A DNA stretch of 64,000 nucleotides from positions 105,477 through 169,476 of the forward strand of contig JAGDVP010000012.1 of NCBI GenBank assembly GCA_023255735.1, given 5' to 3'. The DNA comes from Halothiobacillus sp. (lineage in GTDB: Bacteria; Pseudomonadota; Gammaproteobacteria; Halothiobacillales; Halothiobacillaceae). Within the stretch, counting starts at the first letter, position 1. Each line of letters begins with the position of its first letter. The notes beneath the pieces were generated by a model that worked only from the letters and a program-made list of their open reading frames with translations, was not told the origin of the DNA and searched no databases. This document shows positions 28,147 through 36,424 of the stretch, piece by piece. Both the position numbers and the translations under genes were made by a program.

Positions 28147-29058
28147 ATGCGGCAATACACGACATTCAGACAACTTGAAATTTTTGATGCCATTGCACGC
28201 TTCAAAAGTTTCACGAAGGCATCGGAGGCGTTGTATCTCACCCAACCAACTGTTTCGATGCAGATGAAAAAACTCAGCGATATGGTCGGCGTGCCTTTGA
28301 TCGAGCAGGTGGGTAAGAAAATTTATCTCACGGAGGATGGGCACGAGCTTGCCCGCGCCACGCGTGAGGTGTTCGATATTATGGATCGCTTCACGATGTC
28401 GGTGGCTGAACGCCAAGGCTTGAAACAAGGGCGGTTGCGCTTGATGGCGATTTCGACGGCCTCATATTTTGCGCCGCGATTGCTGGGGGAGTTTGCCAAA
28501 CGTTATCCGGGCATTGATGTGAGTTTACGTGTGACGAATAAAGAGCAAGTGCTCGCCAGTATCGCTAATAATTTAGATGATTTGTATTTGCTGGGTCAGC
28601 CGCCGCTGGATATGGATGTGGTGGTGACGCCGATTATGGATAACCCGATTGTGGTGTTGGCCGCGCCCGATCACCCCTTAGCAAATGTGAAAAATATTCC
28701 GCTGAATGCCTTGGTCGATGAGCCTTGGTTGATGCGAGAAGCCGGCTCCGGTACGCGCAACGCCATCGAGCGGCGTTTTGCGGAACAGGGAATTGTGCTG
28801 CGCCCGCGCATGGAGTTGGGGAGCAATGAGGCGATTAAACAGGCGATTCTTTCAGGTTTAGGGATTTCGGCGCTCTCGCAGCACACGCTGGTGATGCATC
28901 AGCCGGGCCAATTTGCGGTGCTGGATGTCGAGAATTTTCCGATTTCACGCCACTGGTACGCGGTTTATCCTGAGGGGCGGCAGCTTTCTGTGGTGGCGCG
29001 CGCCTTTTTAGATTATCTGTTGGCGCGGCCGCAACCTGCGGGATTGCAAGCGCCGTAA
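28147..29058 (+). CDS. cbbR: LysR-type regulator CbbR (form I operon)
   Basis: wHTH FRQLEIFDAIARFKSFTKASEALYLTQPTVSMQMKKLS. Divergent from cbbL. Start set at ATG 28147; the ORF-track extension overlaps cbbL. Confidence 0.85.
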   Translation: MRQYTTFRQLEIFDAIARFKSFTKASEALYLTQPTVSMQMKKLSDMVGVPLIEQVGKKIYLTEDGHELARATREVFDIMDRFTMSVAERQGLKQGRLRLMAISTASYFAPRLLGEFAKRYPGIDVSLRVTNKEQVLASIANNLDDLYLLGQPPLDMDVVVTPIMDNPIVVLAAPDHPLANVKNIPLNALVDEPWLMREAGSGTRNAIERRFAEQGIVLRPRMELGSNEAIKQAILSGLGISALSQHTLVMHQPGQFAVLDVENFPISRHWYAVYPEGRQLSVVARAFLDYLLARPQPAGLQAP

Positions 29059-29090
29059 TTTTCATCGCGAGCGTTAAGTCCGATAGGCGG

Positions 29091-29423
29091 CTAGGCTTTT
29101 TTCACAAAGCAGGCTTTGAGCATCATAGACCCCGCGTCGGTTTTGCAATCGAGTTCGTGATCGCCATCCACAATGCGGATGCCCTTGATTTTACTGCCCA
29201 CTTTAAGGGTGATGGATGAGCCTTTGACTTTTAAATCTTTGATTAACGTCACCGTATCACCGTCGGTGAGTACGGTACCGTTGGCATCGCGCACCACGCG
29301 CCGATCCTCAGGGGATTCTTGGGCGTTTGCAGGCCATTCAAAGCCACAATCGGCGCAGATGAATAAATCGCCATCGGGATAGGTGTTGGTTTGGCCACAT
29401 TGGGGGCAGGCTTTTGCAGTCAT
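29091..29423 (-). CDS. yjdM: Zinc-ribbon protein YjdM (PhnA family)
   Basis: A 110-aa protein. N-terminal CPQCG...CADCG zinc ribbon and the C-terminal PhnA domain (DANGTVLTDGD...KGSS..LKVG.K...IR). Confidence 0.85.
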   Translation of the reverse strand: MTAKACPQCGQTNTYPDGDLFICADCGFEWPANAQESPEDRRVVRDANGTVLTDGDTVTLIKDLKVKGSSITLKVGSKIKGIRIVDGDHELDCKTDAGSMMLKACFVKKA

Positions 29424-29461
29424 GAGAGGCTCCTTGGGTGCGTTACGTTAAGGGGAGAATT

Positions 29462-31717
29462 TTATCGGGTTAAGCTTAAAAAAAGTGCGGGCAGTTTTTG
29501 CGGCAGGCTTTCGATTCGGTCGATCACGGTGTAATGGCGGCCGAAAATGTCGGACACGTATTCATCAGCTTTGGCATCGAGGCTGATGCAGTAGGTGAAA
29601 ATGCCGTCCGTATCCAGTTCATTCACCGCTTGGCGCGCATCTTCGATCAGGGCGCGTGGGTCGGCTACGTCAATGTCGGCGGGTTGGCCGTCGGTCAAAA
29701 TCAGCATGAGCTTTTTGTCGGCTTTGCGCTTGCCCAAATAGTGCCCGGCGTGGCGCATGGCCGCGCCCATGCGGGTGGAATAGCCCGCTTGCATGGCGGC
29801 GAGGCGGGCTTTGACTTCATCCCCCCAGACCTCGCCAAAGCCTTTAATGTGCTGGTAGCGCACATCAAAGCGGGTGTTGGATGAAAAGCCGGCAATGGCG
29901 AGCGGGTCGCCGAGTTGGTCGATCGCCCAGGCGAGCAGAGAGACGGCTTCTTGCGAGCGTTGCAGGATGGTTTGTTCGGAGCCCGCGACTTTTTCGTTCA
30001 GAGATTCGGATAAGTCGAGCACCAGGCTGACCGCAATGTCGCGCCCGGCGGTGCGGTGGCTCATGTTGATGCGCGGGTCGGGCTGTGCGCCGCCTTTGAA
30101 GTCGATCAGCGAGCGGATGGCGACATCCAGATCAAGCTCGCTGCCTTCTTCCTGATAACGAATCCGCACTTTGTCTTGCGGTTTGAGTAAATCAAGAATG
30201 CGCTTGAGTTGTTTGGCTGTGCCGGCGTTTTTTTGCAGTAGCTTGTCGATGTCGGCGGCATTGCCGCTCGGGTGCAGAGCCTCAAACACGCTGACCCAGT
30301 CCGGGCGGAAGCTTTGGCTGTGGTAGTCCCATTCGGGGTAGTGGCGCGGCAGCAGGCCGGTAATGTTGATGTCGGGTTCGATTTTGCGCTTTTCGTCAAA
30401 GGCTTCTTCTTCGTCGCCGGGTTCGATGAATTGCCACAGTTGGCGGTTGTCGTCGCGGTAGTCGATGACGGTGTTATCGAAATGCACGCGGGCGAGCTGG
30501 TCGCTTGGGCGGCGGGTTTTGGTGACGTAGGAAAGCGCCAGTCCGGCGATTTCGCGGGTCGATGATTCACCGGCGGCCATCATCGCGTGGAAGCGTTGCG
30601 TAAAGACCAAAAGGTCGGCATCGGTGTAGCCGTGCTCAGGGTCGAGCAGGGCGCGGGAAAGCATGGCGAGGCGGTGACGCAGGCAAGAGGTGTTTGCCGG
30701 GTCGCAGGCATTTTCAATCGGCTTGGGGTGCAGGCCGAGGAAGATGCGGCGCAGGCCGGGATATTCGCGCATCAAGAGGGTTTCAATGCGGCAGTCTTCG
30801 AAGAATTCAACGGCCATGCGTTGAAATGGGCTCCAGTTGTCGGCGATTTGCGGCAGGCTGAAGCGCCGGTGGCCGACGATGTGGGCGAGGGTGGCGCGGT
30901 AGCGGTCGATGGCTTTGATGCTGCCCGCGTCTTCTTGCACATCGGGTACGCGGATGCCGAGCTTGTCGTAATACGGTATCGGCTTGCGCAGCTCGTCGAA
31001 GGCAGTGGAGTAGGGTACGAGCTGTTCGGTGTCATTCCACAGGCCGCGCAGGTAGAGATCAAGCTGGCGCTCGACATCGACAAACAGGGTGCCGTGGCGC
31101 TCGCGCTGCATCACGGCGCGGCTGTCGGCCGATTGCAGGCTGAAGTATTCGGCCTGACGCTCCGGGTGGTGTTGGTAGTTGCGGATACCGTAGTCCACCC
31201 AGTTTTTGACCCCGGCAAGGCTAAGCTGGTTTAAAAGGCGCGGTGCTTGGGCGAGGAACTCGGGCAAGCCGGGGCTGGGGAAGGTGGTGTGGTGGCCGTG
31301 GATGGAGCCGGTGGTGCGCGCGGTTAAATCCTGCACAAGGATCAGAAAATCATTGAGTTGCTCGGCAGATGGCAGGCGGCGCGCGACGGCGGCTAGGTTT
31401 TGCAGCAACGGCGCGATGGCGCGGCTGTTGGGCGAGCGTTGCAGTTTGCTGACTTGCTGCATTACTTCGGGCAGGCTGTCTTCGCCCACGATGGCGGCCA
31501 CTGAAGGCCATTCTTCCAAAAAAATCAGCATGGGCGCAGCACCGCGCCCGAGCTTGCCCAAGATGCGTGCGGCATCGAGGTAGGCGTCGATGCCGCGTGT
31601 GCTTAAGCTGCTCATGGCTTCGGCCATGCAGGCAGCAAACACGCCATCAACCTCGGCAAAACGGGTGTCGAGTTTGACGCGGTAGGCGGTCAGTTGTTCT
31701 GCTGTGCGGACGCTCAT
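29462..31717 (-). CDS. cbbO: RuBisCO activase adaptor CbbO, form II-linked copy
   Basis: A 751-aa paralogue of 22690-25032. It shares the VWA/MIDAS motifs (LVLDLSESLN, STRMGAAMRHA, LMLILTDGQPADIDV). Its start is 3 nt after the cbbQ stop. Confidence 0.88.
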   Translation of the reverse strand: MSVRTAEQLTAYRVKLDTRFAEVDGVFAACMAEAMSSLSTRGIDAYLDAARILGKLGRGAAPMLIFLEEWPSVAAIVGEDSLPEVMQQVSKLQRSPNSRAIAPLLQNLAAVARRLPSAEQLNDFLILVQDLTARTTGSIHGHHTTFPSPGLPEFLAQAPRLLNQLSLAGVKNWVDYGIRNYQHHPERQAEYFSLQSADSRAVMQRERHGTLFVDVERQLDLYLRGLWNDTEQLVPYSTAFDELRKPIPYYDKLGIRVPDVQEDAGSIKAIDRYRATLAHIVGHRRFSLPQIADNWSPFQRMAVEFFEDCRIETLLMREYPGLRRIFLGLHPKPIENACDPANTSCLRHRLAMLSRALLDPEHGYTDADLLVFTQRFHAMMAAGESSTREIAGLALSYVTKTRRPSDQLARVHFDNTVIDYRDDNRQLWQFIEPGDEEEAFDEKRKIEPDINITGLLPRHYPEWDYHSQSFRPDWVSVFEALHPSGNAADIDKLLQKNAGTAKQLKRILDLLKPQDKVRIRYQEEGSELDLDVAIRSLIDFKGGAQPDPRINMSHRTAGRDIAVSLVLDLSESLNEKVAGSEQTILQRSQEAVSLLAWAIDQLGDPLAIAGFSSNTRFDVRYQHIKGFGEVWGDEVKARLAAMQAGYSTRMGAAMRHAGHYLGKRKADKKLMLILTDGQPADIDVADPRALIEDARQAVNELDTDGIFTYCISLDAKADEYVSDIFGRHYTVIDRIESLPQKLPALFLSLTR

Positions 31718-31720
31718 GCC

Positions 31721-32524
31721 TTAGGCAAAGCTCACATCAATGGCGTGCTCCAGCGTGGCGCGGATGTCGGCATCGTCGGTAATCGGTTGCACTAGCGCCA
31801 TGCGGCAAGCGTCATGCGGGTGGATGCCGTCTTTAATCAGGGTGGCCGCGTAAACCAACAAACGAGTGGAAATGCCTTCGTCTAAGCCATGACCTTTCAG
31901 ATTGCGCGCGGTGTGGCCGATTTTTACCAATTTGGCGCTGCGGGCTTCATCCAAGCCAGTTTCTTTGGCGAGAATGGCGGTTTCCAGCTCCGCTGCGGGG
32001 TAGTCGAAGGCAAAGCCGGTGAAGCGTTGCTTGGTGGATTGTTTCAAATCCTTCATCAGATTTTGATAGCCGGGGTTGTAGGAAATCACGAGCTGAAAGT
32101 CGGGGTGCGCGGCAATCAGCTCGCCTTTTTTGTCCAGCGGCAGGGTGCGGCGGTGGTCGGTGAGCGGGTGAATCACCACGGTGGTGTCTTGGCGTGCTTC
32201 GACAATTTCATCCAAATAGCAAATCGCACCGATGCGGGCGGCGGTGGTCAAAGGGCCATCCAGCCAGCGTGTGCCATTGGCATCCAGAAGATAACGGCCA
32301 ACCAAGTCGGAGGCGGTCATGTCTTCGTTGCACGCCACGGTAATCAAGGGTTTGCCCAATTTCCAGGCCATGTATTCAATAAAGCGCGATTTGCCGCAGC
32401 CGGTCGGGCCTTTGACCATGACCGGGAGTTTGTTGCGGTAGGCGGCCTCATACAACGCGACTTCGTTGCCTTGTTGCCGGTAGAAGGGTTCGTGCGGGAC
32501 GCGGTATTGATCTTTATCGACCAT
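31721..32524 (-). CDS. cbbQ: RuBisCO activase CbbQ, form II-linked copy
   Basis: A 267-aa paralogue of 25217-26020. Identical runs include [50 protein letters not shown] and [16 protein letters not shown]. Start set at ATG 32524. Confidence 0.92.
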   Translation of the reverse strand: MVDKDQYRVPHEPFYRQQGNEVALYEAAYRNKLPVMVKGPTGCGKSRFIEYMAWKLGKPLITVACNEDMTASDLVGRYLLDANGTRWLDGPLTTAARIGAICYLDEIVEARQDTTVVIHPLTDHRRTLPLDKKGELIAAHPDFQLVISYNPGYQNLMKDLKQSTKQRFTGFAFDYPAAELETAILAKETGLDEARSAKLVKIGHTARNLKGHGLDEGISTRLLVYAATLIKDGIHPHDACRMALVQPITDDADIRATLEHAIDVSFA

Positions 32525-32597
32525 GATTAGGTTCCTGATGGACATGCTTGGCGATAAGCACCCAATGATGCGTATGGCCAAGCGGGCGGGTTGAACA

Positions 32598-32760
32598 ATC
32601 CCCCTCAAATCCCCCTCGATCCCCCTTTTACAAAGGGGGAAGGAAGAAGATCCCTTTTTTGCATAGAGGGAGGAAGCAGCTAACCCCCTTTTCCAAAGGG
32701 GGAGGAAGTACGCTAACGCCTTTGGGTAAAGGAGGAGGCGGCCTTCCCATTGAAGGGGGA
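32598..32760 (-). repeat. Array of C5T3/A3G5 stem-loops plus three ATCCCCCT direct repeats in the cbbM-cbbQ spacer
   Basis: Two perfect 8-bp hairpins, CCCCCTTT-N3-AAAGGGGG, at 32621-32639 and 32684-32702. Two degenerate 5-bp copies at 32719-32732 and 32742-32756. Each is followed by GGAGGAAG-like purine tracts. ATCCCCCT starts at 32598, 32609 and 32619. Confidence 0.8.
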
Positions 32761-32782
32761 ATAAAAAAAGCTACGGTATCAA

Positions 32783-34162
32783 TTATTTATGCACACCGAG
32801 TTTCTCGCGCCAGCCCGGATAGAGCTTGTCGGCATCTTTGGGGAAAGATTCAAAGGCGCGGGCAAATTCCTTGTGTTCTTTGGCAAACTCGATCGGGTCG
32901 GCACCCGCTTTCCAGCACTCGTACGATTGACGCAGCGAGATGGCGCCCGCCGCTGGGCTATCGATATGGCCATAAGAGCCACCGCCCGCGGTGTTGATGA
33001 CGTTGCCGTGGCCTAAGTTCTCAAAGAAGCCGGGCAAGCGCAGCGCGTTCATGCCGCCGGAGATAATCGGTGTAGTGGGCTTCATGCCGTACCATTTCTG
33101 GAAGTAGACCGGGCCTTGTGCTTCATCACGCTCAATCATGTAAGCAATGTTACGGTCGTCGCCTTCGCCTTCCATTTTGCCGTAGCCCATGGTGCCCACA
33201 TGAATGCCAGAGGCCCCTTGCAGGCGGCTCATTTTCGCCAGTACAAACGCGGTGTAGCCACGCTTGGATGAGGGCGAGGTAATCATGCCGTGGCCCGCAC
33301 GGTGGTAATGCAGGTATTGGCTTGGGTATTGACGGCGGGCGGTGGTAATCATGCCAGGGCCGCCCACAAAGCCATCTACCAAGAAGGCGAGTTTGTCGGC
33401 ATCCGGACCGAACACTTCCAGCGCGTAATCCGCACGCGCCAGCATTTCATAGTGGTCGTCGGCGGTGATGTTCATGGAGAACAGCTTAGCCTGTCCGGTT
33501 TCATCTTGCGCGCGCTTCATGGCGTCATAAACCAGCGGCAGCACTTTTTTCAGTGGGCAGAACACTTGGTTGCCTTGCGGTTCATCGTTCTTGATGAAAT
33601 CGCCACCCAGCCAGAACTGATAGGCCGCTTGCGCGAACGGCTCGGGGCGCAGGCCGAGTTTGGGTTTGATGATGGTGCCGGCGATGTAGCCGCCATTTTG
33701 GATCGGACGACCCAGAATGCGCCACAGGTTGGAGATGTCGGTCGCAGGGCCGTCGAACATCTGAATGCAGCGCTCGGGCACGTAGAAGTCAATCATTTGA
33801 CCGTATTCAATATCGCCCATGCCTTGGTTGTTGCCGATGACGAGGGTCAAGAACGAGACAATCATGAAGCGGCCATCGGTTAGGTTGCGGTCAAACAACT
33901 CAATCGGGTAGGCAATGCGCATGTCTTCGGTGGCTTCGTCGATGTAGTACACCAGCGCGTCCACACCCTTGGTGAAGTCGTCGGTGGTGGATACTTCAAC
34001 ATTGGTTCCGGTGGAAGACTCTGCCGCGAAGTGCGCAGCAGCCTCCAAATAGCCATGACCGGCTTTGGGCTTCATTTTGTAGGCGACAAGAATATGTTTG
34101 CCAGCAGCGATCAGGTCTGCTTCTTTCAGGCTTAAATCGGCGTAACGATTGGATTGATCCAT
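32783..34162 (-). CDS. cbbM: RuBisCO form II
   Basis: A 459-aa protein with classic form II motifs ([57 protein letters not shown]). Start set at ATG 34162 ([10 protein letters not shown]). Confidence 0.97.
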   Translation of the reverse strand: MDQSNRYADLSLKEADLIAAGKHILVAYKMKPKAGHGYLEAAAHFAAESSTGTNVEVSTTDDFTKGVDALVYYIDEATEDMRIAYPIELFDRNLTDGRFMIVSFLTLVIGNNQGMGDIEYGQMIDFYVPERCIQMFDGPATDISNLWRILGRPIQNGGYIAGTIIKPKLGLRPEPFAQAAYQFWLGGDFIKNDEPQGNQVFCPLKKVLPLVYDAMKRAQDETGQAKLFSMNITADDHYEMLARADYALEVFGPDADKLAFLVDGFVGGPGMITTARRQYPSQYLHYHRAGHGMITSPSSKRGYTAFVLAKMSRLQGASGIHVGTMGYGKMEGEGDDRNIAYMIERDEAQGPVYFQKWYGMKPTTPIISGGMNALRLPGFFENLGHGNVINTAGGGSYGHIDSPAAGAISLRQSYECWKAGADPIEFAKEHKEFARAFESFPKDADKLYPGWREKLGVHK

Positions 34163-34290
34163 GAGGGGGCTCCCAGTTGGGTTGAACATTTCAGGGGGTT
34201 CCTGAATACAGCGCAGCTACTTTAATGCGGGGTAGGTATAATAAAAAATCAATAGTTTTTAGAGTTGACATAAGTTGAGGCTTATATGTT

Positions 34291-35211
34291 ATGCGCCGTT
34301 TAACGATGCGTCAGTTAGTGGTTTTTGAAGCAGTCGCAAGGCATTTATCTTTTAGCAAAGCGGCATTAGAGCTGCATTTAAGCCAGCCTGCCGTATCGAT
34401 GCAGGTGCGACAAATTGAGTCATTTATCGGCTTGCCACTCACCGAGCAAGTCGGGAAAAGGATTTTTCTTACCGAGGCGGGGCGCATTGTGTTTCATGCC
34501 AGCAAAAATATTGCGGCGCAGCTCAATGATTTAGGCCACGCCTTAACGCATCTTAAAGGCGCCGAAGAAGGCTTGTTTCGAATTGCCGTTACCTCAACGG
34601 TTAACGCGGTGGCCACCGGCATTTTGGCGGGGTTTAGGGGGGAGCATCCCAAGGTTTCGATTCATCTGCAAGTGTCTAATCGCGCCGAAGTATTGGCGTT
34701 ACTGGCAGAAAACGAAATTGATTTAGCCCTGATGGGGCAGGTGCCAGAGGGGTTGGGTTTGACGGCGACTCGCTTTATGGAAAACCCGCTGGTGGTGATT
34801 GCCCCGCCGGATCACCGTTGGGCGCACAAAAGTAAAATTCCGATTCAAGCCTTGGCGGACGAGCCGTTTGTTGAGCGCGAAACAGGCTCGGGTACGCAAG
34901 GTGCGATGGAGCGATTTTTCGCTGCTAAGCATTTGAAAATAAAAACAAGCATGGTGATGGATAGCAATGAAGCGATTAAAATGGCGGTGCAAGCCAAATT
35001 GGGCTTAGGCATTATCTCTAAGCAGACGCTTGAAATGGAGCTGATGCTTAACCGGCTGATTGTGCTACCGGTTGTAGGCTTTCCGATTATGCGGCATTGG
35101 TATGTGGTGCACCGCAGCAATAAACTCCTATCGCCGATTGCCCAAGCGTTTAAAGATTTTTTGCTTAACCAGGCAAACCTAATTCAAGCAGCTCCCAGCC
35201 CCCTAGGATAA
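34291..35211 (+). CDS. cbbR: LysR-type regulator, second CbbR (form II operon)
   Basis: Divergent from cbbM. wHTH MRQLVVFEAVARHLSFSKAALELHLSQPAVSMQVRQIE, clearly paralogous to 28147-29058. Confidence 0.8.
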   Translation: MRRLTMRQLVVFEAVARHLSFSKAALELHLSQPAVSMQVRQIESFIGLPLTEQVGKRIFLTEAGRIVFHASKNIAAQLNDLGHALTHLKGAEEGLFRIAVTSTVNAVATGILAGFRGEHPKVSIHLQVSNRAEVLALLAENEIDLALMGQVPEGLGLTATRFMENPLVVIAPPDHRWAHKSKIPIQALADEPFVERETGSGTQGAMERFFAAKHLKIKTSMVMDSNEAIKMAVQAKLGLGIISKQTLEMELMLNRLIVLPVVGFPIMRHWYVVHRSNKLLSPIAQAFKDFLLNQANLIQAAPSPLG

Positions 35212-35248
35212 ACAAGGTTTAGCGCATATGCCTCCCCCATTAAGGGGC

Positions 35249-35539
35249 TTAGCGCCCACCGCCATACCGCCGTTGCAAACCTGCGCCAGAACTGCCGCCT
35301 GAGTGGTTGCCCGATGCATTGCCCATGTTGCGTTGGCCTGCGCTTGCGCCCATGCCGGATTCGGTTCGGCTGCGGTTTTGGCTATTTAAGCGTTCAAAAT
35401 CTGCTGCGGTAGGTGATTGCCGAGTTTGCGTTTGGATGCGCTCTTGGTAGGTGGATTGCAGCGGTGTTGTTTCAGCAAAGCTTAGCGTGCTGATTGATAG
35501 GATAAAGCCGCTGAGAAGAATTTTTTGCAATGGGTGCAT
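35249..35539 (-). CDS. Small secreted low-complexity (Gly/Ser/Gln/Arg-rich) protein
   Basis: Signal peptide MHPLQKILLSGFILSISTLSFA, then a sequence that looks disordered and ends RRYGGGR. No family recognised. Confidence 0.4.
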   Translation of the reverse strand: MHPLQKILLSGFILSISTLSFAETTPLQSTYQERIQTQTRQSPTAADFERLNSQNRSRTESGMGASAGQRNMGNASGNHSGGSSGAGLQRRYGGGR

Positions 35540-35651
35540 TCGGCGCGCCTCTGGCGTGATGGGGAATACAGGCAGTTTGCCTTGCACGCGTTGCGCGTCT
35601 ATTTCGGTTTTGTTACGAGGTGTTACGCGCCCTCAGCGCAGTGAACGGGGG

Positions 35652-36377
35652 TTAAAGGCCGCATATGCCCCGGCGTTTAAGTTCGGCTTGGTACGTGCGC
35701 CAATCAGGCAAAAATTGATCCATAAAGCTATAAAAGCGGGCGTTATGGCCGCGCTCCAAAAGGTGCGTTAATTCATGCACCAGCACTAACTCAATGCAGG
35801 CTTTAGGCATTTTGGCGAGCGCTAGGTTAATCCAGATGCGCTTATCTTTAATGTTGCAGCTGCCCCAGCGCGTTTTCATGTGCCTAATGCCAATGAAATG
35901 CGCGCTAACCCCCATTTTTTTCGACCAGAAAGGCAGCCGCTCCTGCAACACGCGCGCCAGCGCATCGCGCAAGTGGGCATGGATGCGGGCTTGGAGCTCC
36001 TCAGGTTCAAGCGAGGTTTTGCTCGTAATATGCATCACCCCCGCGTGGCAAATCACCTGATTGTGCGGCGCGTGGGGCTGAATGTTGAGGGTGTGCGGCT
36101 CGCCAAAAATAGGCAGCGTTTGCCCGTGCGCAAGGGGTGCCTGCGTGATTGATGCGGCTTGCTCTGCCAGCCGGCTTTGATTTTTGCGAATCCAAGCGAG
36201 GTTTTGCCGAATCAGCGCATGAATCATGCTCATGGGCAGGTTAAGCGGGGCATTCACGGTGATTTGGCCATCGGGCGGGCGCACGCGCAGGTAGGCGCGC
36301 TTGATGGGTTTGCGCGTTAATTCAAACGCGAGCCCCAGCTCGGGAACAATTTCCTTGGAAATGAGCGCGTTAGCCAA
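35652..36377 (-). CDS. M48-family metallopeptidase (YgjP/DUF45-like)
   Basis: Zincin motif LVHELTHLLERGHNARF near the C-terminus. Apparent TTG start. Confidence 0.75.
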   Translation of the reverse strand: MANALISKEIVPELGLAFELTRKPIKRAYLRVRPPDGQITVNAPLNLPMSMIHALIRQNLAWIRKNQSRLAEQAASITQAPLAHGQTLPIFGEPHTLNIQPHAPHNQVICHAGVMHITSKTSLEPEELQARIHAHLRDALARVLQERLPFWSKKMGVSAHFIGIRHMKTRWGSCNIKDKRIWINLALAKMPKACIELVLVHELTHLLERGHNARFYSFMDQFLPDWRTYQAELKRRGICGL

Positions 36378-36424
36378 GGAGGCATTGCTCGGGCTTAGGC
36401 CTATCCATTAACGCTCAAACCCAC

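Noticed and set aside
32598-32760. Possibility that the repeated hairpins are a small CRISPR array.
   Set aside because: - The repeat units are only about 19 nt, and they are imperfect and irregularly spaced.
- The intervening sequences are themselves repetitive purine tracts.
- No cas genes or leader are present.
- The array sits inside an operon spacer.
32659-32997. A 112-aa plus-strand ORF with a repetitive KGGG/GKGGGG motif.
   Set aside because: It is simply the translation of the AAAGGGGG hairpin arms in the cbbM-cbbQ spacer, running on into antisense cbbM. It has no RBS and no protein-like composition.
29498-33883. Many long plus-strand ORFs inside cbbO2, cbbQ2 and cbbM, for example 30587-31234 (215 aa), 31889-32530 (213 aa) and 33290-33883 (197 aa).
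   Set aside because: - They are antisense to genes with unmistakable homology.
- Their translations are low-complexity and rich in Ala, Gly, Arg and Val, which is typical of stop-free antisense frames in GC3-rich coding DNA.
- I used them only as indirect evidence of the high GC3 of this module.
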